DNA of 62,209 nt, filler included, from 4 parts of 4 records of this genome joined end to end with filler, not necessarily neighbours in it; one strand, 5' to 3'. Shown: positions 29,001 through 39,490, counted from the whole stretch's first letter. Program-made: numbers and translations. Notes: generated from the sequence alone by a model not told the origin.

Positions 29001-29558
29001 TTACTCTTCCTCTTCTGCCCGGCGCTGCTTTTCGAGCATGTTCGGCTGCAGGATTTCGATCCAGTAGCCGTCCGGGTCTTTGATAAACGCCAGGCCTTTC
29101 ATCTTGCCGTCGTCCGGCTTCTTGACGAAGTCCACGCCCAGTTTTTCGAAGCGATCGCAGGCGCTGTACACGTCCGGTACGGCAACGCCAATGTGGCCAA
29201 AGCCCTGGGGCTCGTCGTTGCCATTGTGGTAGGTGAATTCTTCGTCGTTCTCGGTACCCCAGTTATGGGTCAGTTCCAGCATGGCTTCACGGCCGAAGAT
29301 GAAGGTGGTGCGGTGGCCGTCGTCGTTGGGGACCATGTTGGCCTGGCGGTCGTCGAGGTAGGCGAGGAAGTAGAGGGTGAATTTCATTTCGGGGAAGTCG
29401 AGCTTTCTGACGAGGCGCATGCCCATTACCCGAGTGTAGAAATCCATGGAGCGCTCGGGGTCTTTGATGCGCAGCATGGTTTGGTTGAAGACGTAGCCTT
29501 CGGTTTCGGGGACGGTTGCTTCGTGCAGGCCGGGGGCTTGTTCGAAGTGTTTGGGCAT
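29001..29558 (-). CDS. gloA: Lactoylglutathione lyase (glyoxalase I, long form)
   Basis: [30 protein letters not shown] and DPDGYWIEI. Confidence 0.95.
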   Translation of the reverse strand: MPKHFEQAPGLHEATVPETEGYVFNQTMLRIKDPERSMDFYTRVMGMRLVRKLDFPEMKFTLYFLAYLDDRQANMVPNDDGHRTTFIFGREAMLELTHNWGTENDEEFTYHNGNDEPQGFGHIGVAVPDVYSACDRFEKLGVDFVKKPDDGKMKGLAFIKDPDGYWIEILQPNMLEKQRRAEEEE

Positions 29559-29628
29559 GGGAGCTCCCTTCTATGGGTTCAGGATTCAACCATTATACTT
29601 GCGTGCGTTAAGGGGAGATTTCAAGGGC

Positions 29629-29668
29629 AAAAAAAAGACCCCACAGTCAGAGACACAAACCTGTGGGG
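29629..29668 (-). terminator. Rho-independent terminator of alkB
   Basis: Minus strand CCCCACAG-N14-CTGTGGGG followed by TC and T8. Confidence 0.75.
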
Positions 29669-29698
29669 CCTTGAAAACATTGTTCTGTTGTTGTCTTC

Positions 29699-30835
29699 CT
29701 ATGCCAGCTGGTGCTCTTCGCCTTCGTAATACGCCTCCACCCTTGGGTTCATCACCTTTTTCCAAAGTGGCGGGATCATGGCCAGGACCACCATGGCGGC
29801 GTAGCCGGCCGGGAGCTGGGGCGCTACCTCGTGATGGCGGAGGACCTGGTAGCGGCGTTTGGCCCAGGCATGGTGGTCGCTGTGGCGCTGGAGGTGGAAC
29901 AGGAAGACGTTGGTCAGGAAGTAGTTGGAGTTCCAGCTGTGTTCCGGGCCGGTGCGTTCGTAGCGGCCGTTGTCGAGTTTGCGGCGGTGCAGGCCGTAGT
30001 GCTCCAGGTAGTTGACGATTTCCAGCAGGTTCAGGGCGATGAAGCTCTGGCCGAGGAAGAACGCGGCGCCGAGCCAGCCGAAGGCGATGGTGAAGGCGGC
30101 CAGTGCAAGCGCGGTGATGCTGTACCACCAGATGAGTTCGTTGCGCCAGCTAAAGGCGTTATGGCCCTTTTTCTCGAGGCGCTTGGCTTCCAGTTTCCAG
30201 GCGTTCATGAAGTTGCGGGCGTAGGCCTGGGGCAGGAAGTTGTAGAGGGATTGATTGTAGCGTGACGACGAGGCGTCTTCCGGGGTGGAGACATGCACGT
30301 GGTGGCCGCGCAGGTGTTCGACTTTAAAACCGGCGTAGCTGACCAGTGACAGCAGGAAGCCGCCGGCCCAGGTTTCGAGTTTGTCGTCTTTGTGGATGAG
30401 CTCGTGGGCAACGTTGATGCCCAGGCCACCGACGATCCCGATGGAGAACACCCAGCCTATGCCGCCGGCCACACTGAACATGCCCGAAGCCAGCATGAAC
30501 ATGCTCCACACCAGCAGCACCGCGAAGGCGGCAACCCAGCCCAGGGTGATGAATTTGTAGAAGACTTCCGAGTTCATGCGGGGTGTGTCTGCTTCCTCGT
30601 CCGGGTTGAGGGCATCTTTGCCCAGCAGCAGGTCGAGAATGGGGATGATGCCGAAGACAACCACCGGCACGCCCCAGGCGAACAGGTTGATCCATCCGGT
30701 GGCTTGCCCGGCCGCCAGCAGCAGGGGCGGCAGTGCCAGGGGCACCATGGCAATCAGATAACTGTACTTTTTGAGTGTCAGCAGCACCTTCCGGCGGGCG
30801 GAATCAGTGCTCAGGGTCAATGGATTGGTACTCAC
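29699..30835 (-). CDS. alkB: Alkane 1-monooxygenase
   Basis: His boxes HELIHK, EHLRGHH, NYLEHYG and LQRHSDHHA; multiple TM helices; GAGGG SD before the GTG start. Confidence 0.95.
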   Translation of the reverse strand: MSTNPLTLSTDSARRKVLLTLKKYSYLIAMVPLALPPLLLAAGQATGWINLFAWGVPVVVFGIIPILDLLLGKDALNPDEEADTPRMNSEVFYKFITLGWVAAFAVLLVWSMFMLASGMFSVAGGIGWVFSIGIVGGLGINVAHELIHKDDKLETWAGGFLLSLVSYAGFKVEHLRGHHVHVSTPEDASSSRYNQSLYNFLPQAYARNFMNAWKLEAKRLEKKGHNAFSWRNELIWWYSITALALAAFTIAFGWLGAAFFLGQSFIALNLLEIVNYLEHYGLHRRKLDNGRYERTGPEHSWNSNYFLTNVFLFHLQRHSDHHAWAKRRYQVLRHHEVAPQLPAGYAAMVVLAMIPPLWKKVMNPRVEAYYEGEEHQLA

Positions 30836-31035
30836 GTGTTTTCCCTCATTGGCTGTTGCTTTCGATCTGACGATCGCTTCTCGTTAACTGCATTATTGTT
30901 CGACAATATTACAGTCGTCAAGCATGGAGGGGTGTTTTTTGATCAAAACGAGACACGAACCAGTGCTCGCTCGTTGCTCACCGGCTATGAAAAGAGGAAT
31001 TTCTGAAGGGGGCTTGGAAGGCTTTTGGAACGTTT

Positions 31036-32421
31036 TCAGGAAGATGTCGGGGAATCGCCTACAAACGTTTCTCTTTTAAGGCCGTATTTCTGCATTTTTT
31101 CGTTGAGCGTTCGGCGCGGCAGGTCCAGCACCTCCATCACCATTTTTATATTGCCGTTGTGGTGACTCAGCTCAGCGCTGATCAGGGCCTTTTCCACCTG
31201 CTCCAGGCGGTCGCTGAGCGAGCCCTCCCCGGAAAAGGCGCCGGAGCGGTTGCTCTGGCCCAGTTGCAGCAGGTCCGAGACCGAGATGCCGTTGAAGCTG
31301 CGGGTCAGCAGGTACCGTTCGGCGGTGTGCTTGAGCTCACGAACATTGCCAGGCCACTGGTGCAACTCCAGGGCAAGAACATCCTCGTAGTTGAGCGCGG
31401 GCACCTCTAACTGGTTGTTTTTGCCAGCCTCCCGCAAAAAATGGCCGAACAGGGCCGGTACGTCGTCTATGCGGTCCCGCAGAGCGGGCAAGTAGATGTC
31501 GGCAACCATCAGCCGATAGTAAAGATCTTCCCGGAAATGCCCTGCCCTGGTGGCTTCCCGCAGATCTTCCTTGGTGGCGGAAATGATCCGGACATTGATC
31601 GGAATAGGCGTATGAGAGCCCACCCGCACCACTTCCCGTTCCTGCAACACCCTCAGCAACTTGATCTGGAAGGACATTGGCATGCTTTCAATTTCATCGA
31701 GGAACAACGTGCCCTGGTGGGCCGCTTCAAAGTAGCCCGTGCGCCGTTTCTGGGCGCCGGTGAATGCGCCCGCTTCGTGGCCAAACAGTTCGCTCTCGAG
31801 CAGGTTCTCCGGAATCGCTCCCACATTGATGGCGACAAACGGCTGGTCACGACGGATGCTCAATGCGTGGAGGCTTCGCGCCACCAACTCTTTGCCGGTA
31901 CCGGTTTCCCCACAAATAACCACGTCGGCGTTGACTCGGGCCAGCGCTTGTACCTGCTGCCTGAGGGTTTGTGTGGGCGCCGACTCACCAATGATGACCG
32001 ACGACAACCACTCCCCTTCCTTGGCGGTTGCATGCTGCGGCTGGGTCGCCAGGGTCACCTGCCGTTGCTGGCAGGCTCGCCTGATCAACTCGACCAGGCG
32101 GTCCTGCTTGTAGGGCTTCTCGATGAAATCGTAGGCGCCCAGCTTCATCGCTTCCACGGCCTGGGCAATTCCGCCATGGCCGGTGATCAGGATCACCGGG
32201 ATACCCGGGTCGATTGCCTGCAGCAGGCTCATGCCGTCCATCCCGGGCATACGGATGTCGCTGACGACAATGCCGCGAAAGTCGCTGGTCAGTATCGACA
32301 ACGCATCTCGGGCGTCACTGAAGGTGGTGACGTCAAAGTCAGCCAGTGTCAGCAGTTGTTCCAATGACTCCAGTACGGTGGGTTCATCATCAATCACCAC
32401 GGCATGCGTTATGTCTTTCAT
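31036..32421 (-). CDS. Sigma54-dependent response regulator, DctD-like
   Basis: REC (DDE, SDIRMP), GETGTGKE, GAFTGA, LFLDEIE and a Fis HTH (RRTL.EKM.KYGL); start re-called at MKDITH with an ATGA overlap. Confidence 0.92.
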   Translation of the reverse strand: MKDITHAVVIDDEPTVLESLEQLLTLADFDVTTFSDARDALSILTSDFRGIVVSDIRMPGMDGMSLLQAIDPGIPVILITGHGGIAQAVEAMKLGAYDFIEKPYKQDRLVELIRRACQQRQVTLATQPQHATAKEGEWLSSVIIGESAPTQTLRQQVQALARVNADVVICGETGTGKELVARSLHALSIRRDQPFVAINVGAIPENLLESELFGHEAGAFTGAQKRRTGYFEAAHQGTLFLDEIESMPMSFQIKLLRVLQEREVVRVGSHTPIPINVRIISATKEDLREATRAGHFREDLYYRLMVADIYLPALRDRIDDVPALFGHFLREAGKNNQLEVPALNYEDVLALELHQWPGNVRELKHTAERYLLTRSFNGISVSDLLQLGQSNRSGAFSGEGSLSDRLEQVEKALISAELSHHNGNIKMVMEVLDLPRRTLNEKMQKYGLKRETFVGDSPTSS

Positions 32422-34580
32422 GAGTGATTCTCCCTTTTCTCGGTACTGGCGATGGGCAGGATCAACGAAAAGCAAGTGCCCTGGCCAGGCCGACTGCTGA
32501 CGGTCAATTCCGCGCCGATATCACAGGCCAGGCTATAGCTGATGGCCAACCCCAGCCCGAGCCCTTTTCCCATCGGTTTGGTGGTGAAGAAGGGCTCGAA
32601 CACGTGGCTTAACTGTTCATCGGTCATGCCTGGGCCGTTGTCTTCAATGCTCAGCGAGACTTTACCCGGCAAGGTATCCAGCTCAGTCAGTCGAATGTCG
32701 ATGCGAGCGTCTGCCTGGCCGGCCAGTGCATCCACGGCATTCGTCAGCAGGTTGACGACGATCTGCTCCAGCACCATGGCGTTGGCCATGACCTGATAGT
32801 CCTGCCCCAATGACGGGCGACAAGCCACCTGTTCGCTTGCCAGCCTCGGGCCCAGTAGCTCCACAGCGTAATGAACCGGGGCAAGCAAAGAGACGAAAGC
32901 CGTTCCCGTGTTGCGCTTGCCGGAAAATATACGCAGCTGCCGGGACAGCTTCGAGAGTCGATCCACCAGATCCTCTATCTTGAGGAAATTCTCATTCACT
33001 GAGTCTACCTTGTTTCGCGACAGCAGCACGCGGCTGCTGGCAATGAAGTTCGACAGGGCGGTGATCGGTTGATTGATTTCATGGGCGATGGCGGCCGACA
33101 TCCGGCCCAATGCCGCCAGTTTCTGGTTCTGCGCCAATTCGGCCTGCGCTTCCTCCAGATCCCGCGTGCGTTCCTGAACCCGGCGCTCCAATGCCCTGTT
33201 GGCCTCCTGCAAGGCCTCCTGTGCCGCGGTTAGTTCTGTGACGTCCTGGACCGTGAGAATGAATTCATTGTGCTCACCCACGCGGATGGGATTCAGTGTG
33301 TACAGGATTGGAAAGCGATTGCCATCGGAACTGACGCCCTCCGCCCGCCAGGAACCATTCCCCGCCTCTTCCGGGTGCCATGGCTGAATCAGCTCGGAGG
33401 GCGCACCAAACGAATCGTCACTGCCGAGCCGGAAGAGTTTCCGGGCACGCTCGTTGAGGAACAGCGGCCTGAAATGGTCATCGAGGTTCAGCAATCCCAC
33501 ATCGGTATTCTGGATGATGGCCCGCTGGTGCGATTCACGCTCGGCGGTAAGCCGGGCCAGGGCATTCTGGGCATGGGTGCGGCGGCGACGTTCGCGATAA
33601 AACAAGCTGCCCACGGCAAAACCGGCATAGAGCAGAACGATCATGCTCTGTTTCCACTGCACCTGGGTCTGCACCTCGGCCAACGGCATTCGGTGGTGCA
33701 TGCGCCAGGGGTAACCCGGAATCGGCGAGCCGAACACCAGTTGCGGGCCGTCTGCACCCAGGTCCAACGTGGACCAGCCGTCCGACTGCCATTCGGTGAC
33801 GCGCCTCAGGGGGGTTATCGGGCCATTGCCATACTGACGGGTTTCGGCCAGTTCAGATTTCACGGCCTCCGAGAGTGGCTGCAGGGTGGCATAATGCCAC
33901 TGCGCGCTGGAGGCCAGGAAAATGATGCCACGTTTGTCCGTGACCCAGACGGCATCGCCAGAGGCCTTCCAACTCTGTTCCAGCTTGCGCAGGTCGATCT
34001 TGACCACGATAACGCCCCGGGTTTTCCCCGCCTCGGAATAGACCGGCGCCGAAAGAAACAACCCCGGAATGCCGGAAGTCGCGCCAACGGCAAAGTAAAA
34101 GCCGGGGCTCCCGCTCAACGCGTCGCGGAAATAGGGCCGGTACCCGTAGTTCATGCCCACGAAGCTGTTTTCCGTGGTGTAGTTGCTGGAATAGTGGGTT
34201 GTGCCGTCCGGGTCCATCAAGAAGATTTCATCGGACCCGGCTTTGCGATTGATCTGTTCAAGCAGCCAGGAGATGGAAACACCGTCGGTTGAGGACTCAG
34301 GCTCGCCCTCGACCCGGTTCAAGCTGTTGACGATGCGTGGATCGGAGGCGAGTACCCGGGGCAGATACAGGTGACGATCAATGGTGGCCAGCAGCGAGGT
34401 CTTATAGGCACCCAAGCGTTGCAGAGAATCGGCTTTGGCCTGGTTGATTTCGTAGCGCATCAGCCATGGATGGGTGAAAAACAATGCCAGCACCAGCGAG
34501 AATAACCCGACAAACAACCAGAACGGCAGAGACCGAAAGGACGGGTAACGGCGGCGGGACGACAGATCACCTGAAGGCAT
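32418..34580 (-). CDS. DctB-like sensor histidine kinase (dCache, PAS-like, HisKA, HATPase)
   Basis: SF.G.NY.YRPYF..A and YF-like Cache motifs, AHEINQP H-box, NLL.NA, DNGPG, FFTTK..G.GLGLGL. Confidence 0.92.
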   Translation of the reverse strand: MPSGDLSSRRRYPSFRSLPFWLFVGLFSLVLALFFTHPWLMRYEINQAKADSLQRLGAYKTSLLATIDRHLYLPRVLASDPRIVNSLNRVEGEPESSTDGVSISWLLEQINRKAGSDEIFLMDPDGTTHYSSNYTTENSFVGMNYGYRPYFRDALSGSPGFYFAVGATSGIPGLFLSAPVYSEAGKTRGVIVVKIDLRKLEQSWKASGDAVWVTDKRGIIFLASSAQWHYATLQPLSEAVKSELAETRQYGNGPITPLRRVTEWQSDGWSTLDLGADGPQLVFGSPIPGYPWRMHHRMPLAEVQTQVQWKQSMIVLLYAGFAVGSLFYRERRRRTHAQNALARLTAERESHQRAIIQNTDVGLLNLDDHFRPLFLNERARKLFRLGSDDSFGAPSELIQPWHPEEAGNGSWRAEGVSSDGNRFPILYTLNPIRVGEHNEFILTVQDVTELTAAQEALQEANRALERRVQERTRDLEEAQAELAQNQKLAALGRMSAAIAHEINQPITALSNFIASSRVLLSRNKVDSVNENFLKIEDLVDRLSKLSRQLRIFSGKRNTGTAFVSLLAPVHYAVELLGPRLASEQVACRPSLGQDYQVMANAMVLEQIVVNLLTNAVDALAGQADARIDIRLTELDTLPGKVSLSIEDNGPGMTDEQLSHVFEPFFTTKPMGKGLGLGLAISYSLACDIGAELTVSSRPGQGTCFSLILPIASTEKRENHS

Positions 34581-34652
34581 AATATTGTTGTTCTTGGTGG
34601 AGTTGATTGATCAACCCATGGAATTTACCACAGCCTGATCACGCCAATAAGC

Positions 34653-34678
34653 TCCCAGGGTCCCACAGGACCCCGGGA
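34653..34678 (-). terminator. Hairpin between the porin and sensor kinase genes (weak terminator or mRNA stabiliser)
   Basis: TCCCAGGGTCC-CACA-GGACCCCGGGA stem, followed by only a short T-rich tail on the minus strand. Confidence 0.45.
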
Positions 34679-34705
34679 TTGGCATTACGCTGAACGTCTA
34701 ACTCA

Positions 34706-35800
34706 TCAGAACTTCAGCCGGCCACCGACCAGCACGGTGTCGACGTCGTCAAAGTCGGCCCCGCTGCGGTCCAGCGAATGGGTGTTATAGCCCGCATAGG
34801 CCTCGAACCACTTGATCGGCGTAAACACATAGCCAACGCCGATGGTTTCGGCGGAGTCCCCGTCCTGGGCCCGATCTTCGGTTTGCGCGTAGTGAACGTC
34901 GAAGGCATGCTTGCCGACTTTGTAGCCAACCTTACCGAGATAGAAATCCGCATCCGGGTTGGCATCGTCGTCATCACTGGTGGTGGAGTATGCGCCGGTC
35001 AGGTTGATGCCACTGTCGTGCAGCCAGGACAGCGAGCCGCCAAGCGTGGTGAAGTCTCCGGCTTGTCCACCAACGTCTTTGACCGAGTAGCCAAGTGCGC
35101 CAATGATCTTGCCGCCAAGATTGCCGGAGAACCGCAGCCCCAACTCGGTCACATCGTCGCCGCCTTTGATGCCCTGGCTAATGGAAGGCTGGAGCATGCC
35201 AAGGGCGGGCAGGTCGTAACGCAGACGGCTGTAGCGGCTCTCAAAGTCCTGGTCGCTCACGGCAGACCCAAGGCTTACGCGGGTATCAGCGGATTCGTCC
35301 AGAAACTCGAGACCACCGCCAACCAGGGCCGGGTTGGTGTATGAAATAACCATGGTTCCCGAGAGGTCCCGTTCGATGTTGCCGTTGGCTGCGCCATCAC
35401 CCTGGCCCAGGGACACCTTGCCGAAGCCGCCGGAGACGAACACGTTCAGGTGGCGTTCGTTGAACTCGCCACTGATGGAGCGCTGCTCCAGAGTCACACT
35501 GTTGGACGGGTTCTGCTGGTATTCCAACTCCACATGAGCACCGATGGTAAGGTCGGTGTCATCCAGATCACCTTTCAGCTTGGCCCCCACTCGGCTGCCG
35601 CTGTTGTCGTTGTCGACAATGAAGTGTTCGCTGCCGTCGCCGCTGTCTCCAGCCAGAACACCGTAGTTCAACTGGCCGTATACGTCTGCGGACACATTCG
35701 ACACGGTCGCCTGCTGGGCAAAGGCGGTGGAGACGGAAAGGCCACACACAACGAAGGCGGCGCATGTTACAAGTGTTTTTTGTTTTGTCATTTCAGTCAT
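34706..35800 (-). CDS. Outer membrane porin (Gram-negative porin family)
   Basis: Signal peptide, VYGQLN, SR.G.K, FG.VSLGQ, amphipathic beta strands and a C-terminal Phe. Confidence 0.88.
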   Translation of the reverse strand: MTEMTKQKTLVTCAAFVVCGLSVSTAFAQQATVSNVSADVYGQLNYGVLAGDSGDGSEHFIVDNDNSGSRVGAKLKGDLDDTDLTIGAHVELEYQQNPSNSVTLEQRSISGEFNERHLNVFVSGGFGKVSLGQGDGAANGNIERDLSGTMVISYTNPALVGGGLEFLDESADTRVSLGSAVSDQDFESRYSRLRYDLPALGMLQPSISQGIKGGDDVTELGLRFSGNLGGKIIGALGYSVKDVGGQAGDFTTLGGSLSWLHDSGINLTGAYSTTSDDDDANPDADFYLGKVGYKVGKHAFDVHYAQTEDRAQDGDSAETIGVGYVFTPIKWFEAYAGYNTHSLDRSGADFDDVDTVLVGGRLKF

Positions 35801-35867
35801 TCCTAGCGTTATTTTGATTGTTGGTTAAGCAATGAATATTGAAACGGTCCCTGTAGCGCTTGGTCTT

Positions 35868-37931
35868 CTAGACGTGAGAAACCCCCTTGCCATTGGCGTT
35901 GTCGTTGTTGGTCCTGGCGCTGTTGTGGCCGCGTTGTCCTTGATGACGCTGCGTGAAATTGATGGCTAACAGCACCAGCATGGTTACCGCACCGGCGATC
36001 TCCACGTATAAGTCGGGGTAGAAAACCGCGATAACGGCACCACTGAGCACAATTCGCATCCATACTTTCATGCTGGTGAAAAGGAACCCCTCGAGCGCCG
36101 CCGCAAAAGCCGTCAGGGCGAGCATGGCAATGAACCCGTTCCACAGAACCAGTGGCAGCGGGCCGCCTTCGATGATCACGGGGTTGAACACCATGAACAG
36201 GGGGATGAGGTACAGGCCTTTGGCGAACTTCCAGGCCTGGACGCTGGTTTCCATGGTTTTGCTGCCGGCGATCGCGGCCCCCGCGAAGGCTGCCAGCGCG
36301 ACGGGTGGCGTGACGTTGGAGTCCTGGGAGTACCAGAACACCAGCAGGTGGGCGACCAACAGCGGAATGCCGAATTCATTGGTCAGGGCCGGCCCCACCA
36401 GCACAATCAGTACGATGTAGCTCGCGGTCACCGGTAGCCCCAGCCCCAGGATCAGGCTGGCAATGACCACCAGGAACAGCGCCATCAGGATATTGCCGTC
36501 GGCAAAGGCGATCATCATGGAAGAGAACTTCAGGCCCAGACCGGTCAGGCCAACCACTGCGACCACGATGCCGGCAATGGCGCAGGCGATGCTTACGGGC
36601 ACGGCGTTGCGTGCTCCCAGCTCCAACCCCTGCAGTAGTTTGACGACGCCTTCCCTCAACGCGTGTTTCAGCGCCTTGCCGAGTTGGTTTTCAGCCCGCC
36701 CCTGTTTGTAGGCCTGGTACAGACCGTTCAGGCCAGCAATACCAATGATCCCGATCACGGCATAGAACCCCACACGCATGGGGGATATACCCAGCACAAG
36801 CAGGTACACCAACATGATGATCGGCAGCAGGAAGTACCAGCCGGAGGCCATCACATCTTTGACTTGCGGGAGATCGCTGGCGGGCAGGCCCTTCATGCCC
36901 TGTTTAACAGCACAGATATGGACCAGCAGGTAGACCGTGGCGAAGTAGAGCAAGGCCGGGAATACACTGACCTTGACGATCTCGAGGTACGGCACCCGGG
37001 TGTACTCGGCAATCAGGAACGCACCAGCGCCCATTAGCGGGGGCATGATCTGCCCACCCGTGCTTGCGGCGGCTTCAATGCCTCCGGCCTGGGCTGGTCG
37101 AAAGCCCAGCTTCTTCATCAGCGGGATCGTAAACGCGCCCGTGGTGACCACGTTGGCGATGGAGCTGCCAGAGATAGACCCCATGCTGGCCGACGCCAGC
37201 ACCGCGGCTTTCGCCGGGCCGCCGCGCTGACGGCCCGTCGCAGCAAAGGCGAGGTCAATGAAGAAACGGCCAGCCCCGGTCACTTCCAGCATGGCGCCGA
37301 ACAGCACGAAGATGAACACGAACGTTGCCGCCACACCCAACGGCAGGCCGAAGATACCTTCCTGCCCCAGGAACAGCTGAGCACCAATGCGATCCAGGGA
37401 ATAACCACGATGGCTGAGGATGCCGGGCAGCCATTCCCCCAGTTCCGAGAACGGCCCTCGCTGACCACTCATCGCGTACACGATGGCGACCACGCCGATC
37501 ACGGTAAGGCCGGTGCCAACCGCACGCCGGCTGGCCTCCAGCAAAGTGATGGTGCAAACCCAGGCCATGACGATGTCAGTCTGGTTCCAGAACCCCGCCC
37601 GGCTGGTGATTTCATCCAGGAACCAGACCAGGTAGAACCCGGAGGCGGCGGAGGCAATGAGCAGGCCAGTATCGATCAGGGCCGTTATCGTGCCACGGGG
37701 TTTACCGGGGCGTGGCCCGAACAGCAGGAAGCACAGCATCATCACCAACGCCAGGTGGATACCCCGCTGATAGAACAGCCCGAGGGGCTGAATGCCTGCA
37801 CTGTAGAGTTGGAAAAGCGACAGGCCGATACCGATCAGGGCAATAAGCCAGAGCAGTGGCCTGGGCCCGCTCATTCTCTCCGGCTGCCAATCGCCGTTGG
37901 TTTTCAAGTAGATGGCCGTTTGCTGACTCAT
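35868..37931 (-). CDS. TRAP transporter fused 4TM/12TM permease (TAXI type)
   Basis: GGPAKAAV.AS..GSISGS..ANV.TTG.FTIP, EAAASTGGQIMPP.MGA.AF, GLP.TA.Y and VTPPVALA. Confidence 0.94.
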   Translation of the reverse strand: MSQQTAIYLKTNGDWQPERMSGPRPLLWLIALIGIGLSLFQLYSAGIQPLGLFYQRGIHLALVMMLCFLLFGPRPGKPRGTITALIDTGLLIASAASGFYLVWFLDEITSRAGFWNQTDIVMAWVCTITLLEASRRAVGTGLTVIGVVAIVYAMSGQRGPFSELGEWLPGILSHRGYSLDRIGAQLFLGQEGIFGLPLGVAATFVFIFVLFGAMLEVTGAGRFFIDLAFAATGRQRGGPAKAAVLASASMGSISGSSIANVVTTGAFTIPLMKKLGFRPAQAGGIEAAASTGGQIMPPLMGAGAFLIAEYTRVPYLEIVKVSVFPALLYFATVYLLVHICAVKQGMKGLPASDLPQVKDVMASGWYFLLPIIMLVYLLVLGISPMRVGFYAVIGIIGIAGLNGLYQAYKQGRAENQLGKALKHALREGVVKLLQGLELGARNAVPVSIACAIAGIVVAVVGLTGLGLKFSSMMIAFADGNILMALFLVVIASLILGLGLPVTASYIVLIVLVGPALTNEFGIPLLVAHLLVFWYSQDSNVTPPVALAAFAGAAIAGSKTMETSVQAWKFAKGLYLIPLFMVFNPVIIEGGPLPLVLWNGFIAMLALTAFAAALEGFLFTSMKVWMRIVLSGAVIAVFYPDLYVEIAGAVTMLVLLAINFTQRHQGQRGHNSARTNNDNANGKGVSHV

Positions 37932-38443
37932 TTGAGTTCGTTTCCTTTATCCCCTGCAGCCCGCACTCGTATGTCGACGAGTTGGTCTGCCGCCAGCTCA
38001 CTGAGACTGATTAGCCGCGAACCCACCTCAATACGATGATTTACCGAGGGGGCACCGACACGCAGCGAGAGGCGATTGTTGGGTATGGCTACCTGCATAT
38101 CGACGATGCGGTAACCATGCTTATCGTCAGACTCCAGGGTGCCGCGCCCGCTTGTGTAGCCAAGGCCGGCGGCGAAGTCTGGTGTGTGACTGCTGTCCAG
38201 CATCAACTGGCCCTGGTGCATCAGGAAGCAGTCGGTGACTGGGAACCCCTGGACCGAGTGATTCCAGACCAGGCACCACTGCCCTGTCTCAGGCAGATCA
38301 ATCTCGACCAACTTGGTTTCGCTGGAATTCCACACGGACAGCTGCCACGGCACCGCGCTCTGTGCGCTGACTGCTGCGGGCAATAGCGTCCACAGCAGCA
38401 GTCGCGTCAGACAACGTGCCAGGGAGACCAGGCGCCGAGACAT
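37928..38443 (-). CDS. DUF1850 family protein
   Basis: W.L.W.HSV and FAAGLG motifs; sits between the TAXI SBP and the permease; start re-called at MSRRLV. Confidence 0.8.
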   Translation of the reverse strand: MSRRLVSLARCLTRLLLWTLLPAAVSAQSAVPWQLSVWNSSETKLVEIDLPETGQWCLVWNHSVQGFPVTDCFLMHQGQLMLDSSHTPDFAAGLGYTSGRGTLESDDKHGYRIVDMQVAIPNNRLSLRVGAPSVNHRIEVGSRLISLSELAADQLVDIRVRAAGDKGNELK

Positions 38444-38462
38444 GGTGACGGTGAGTTCCCGG

Positions 38463-39431
38463 TTACTCGCGCAGTTTGTCCGGCACCGTGGCGCCGACTT
38501 CCTCGTAGTAACGAATAGCCCCCGGATGGAGCGGGATGGGCGTGGATTCAAGACTGAACTCCACGGTGGTGTCGTCGGCGGCCGGATGAATCGCCCGCAG
38601 ATCCTCCACTTTCTCGAAAAGCAGCTTGGTAATGCTGTAAGCCAGTTCCTCAGACATGCCGTTGTTCACGGTGAGGACGTTGGGGATACCAATGGTGGAG
38701 ATGGCCGCATCGACACCCTCATAGGTACCGGCCCGCAATTTATAGGGCGCGAATACCGGAACCTCGGCTCTGGCATTGGCAACTTCGTCTTCGGAAAGGG
38801 AAATCAATGCAATGTCGCGAGTGGTGGCGAGACTGACGATGGAGCTCGTGGGTGGGCCGACGCTCCAGAAACCAGCGTCGATGTCGCCATCGCGCAGGGC
38901 ATCGGCGGATTCATTGAAATTCAGTCCGCGAACGTCGAAGTCATCGAAACTCATGCCGTTGGCCTCCAACAGCGCCTTGGCATTGACCTCAGTACCGCTG
39001 CCGGGCGCGCCCACAGACACACGTTTGCCGGCCAGGTCCGCCAGCGACGTGATACCGGAATCCGCCAGGGTCACGATCTGAACGGCATTGGGATAAAGCG
39101 AGGCAATGGCGAGCACATCCAGCTCGTTGCCATTGAAGCGCTCGCCGCCGTTGTACGCCTGGTGCACGGTATCTGCCAAGGCAATAGCCAGGTCGGAATC
39201 CCCGCGGTGAATCAGTCCCATGTTTTCGACCGATGCACCCGTGACTTCGGCGACCGCGCTGTAGCCCTCAATGTGGTTACTGATCAACTCGGCAAGCCCG
39301 CCACCGAGGGGATAATAGGTACCGCCGGTGCCACCGGTGGCGATGGAGAGATTGGTATCCGCGTGGGCGGGAGACACACCGATCAGCGCGGTTGCGCTGA
39401 GTGCAAGGAATAACTTACGCATGTTGCTCAC
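38463..39431 (-). CDS. TAXI family TRAP solute-binding protein
   Basis: SIATGGTGGTYYP.G, T.ASVEN, DLAGKRVSVGAPGSGTE and PLHPGA.RYY.E. Confidence 0.95.
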   Translation of the reverse strand: MSNMRKLFLALSATALIGVSPAHADTNLSIATGGTGGTYYPLGGGLAELISNHIEGYSAVAEVTGASVENMGLIHRGDSDLAIALADTVHQAYNGGERFNGNELDVLAIASLYPNAVQIVTLADSGITSLADLAGKRVSVGAPGSGTEVNAKALLEANGMSFDDFDVRGLNFNESADALRDGDIDAGFWSVGPPTSSIVSLATTRDIALISLSEDEVANARAEVPVFAPYKLRAGTYEGVDAAISTIGIPNVLTVNNGMSEELAYSITKLLFEKVEDLRAIHPAADDTTVEFSLESTPIPLHPGAIRYYEEVGATVPDKLRE

Positions 39432-39490
39432 CTCGTTTTTGTTTTGAAGAGCGTCAGGGCATGTGAAGCCCTTTGACGTACTCCTGGGTT

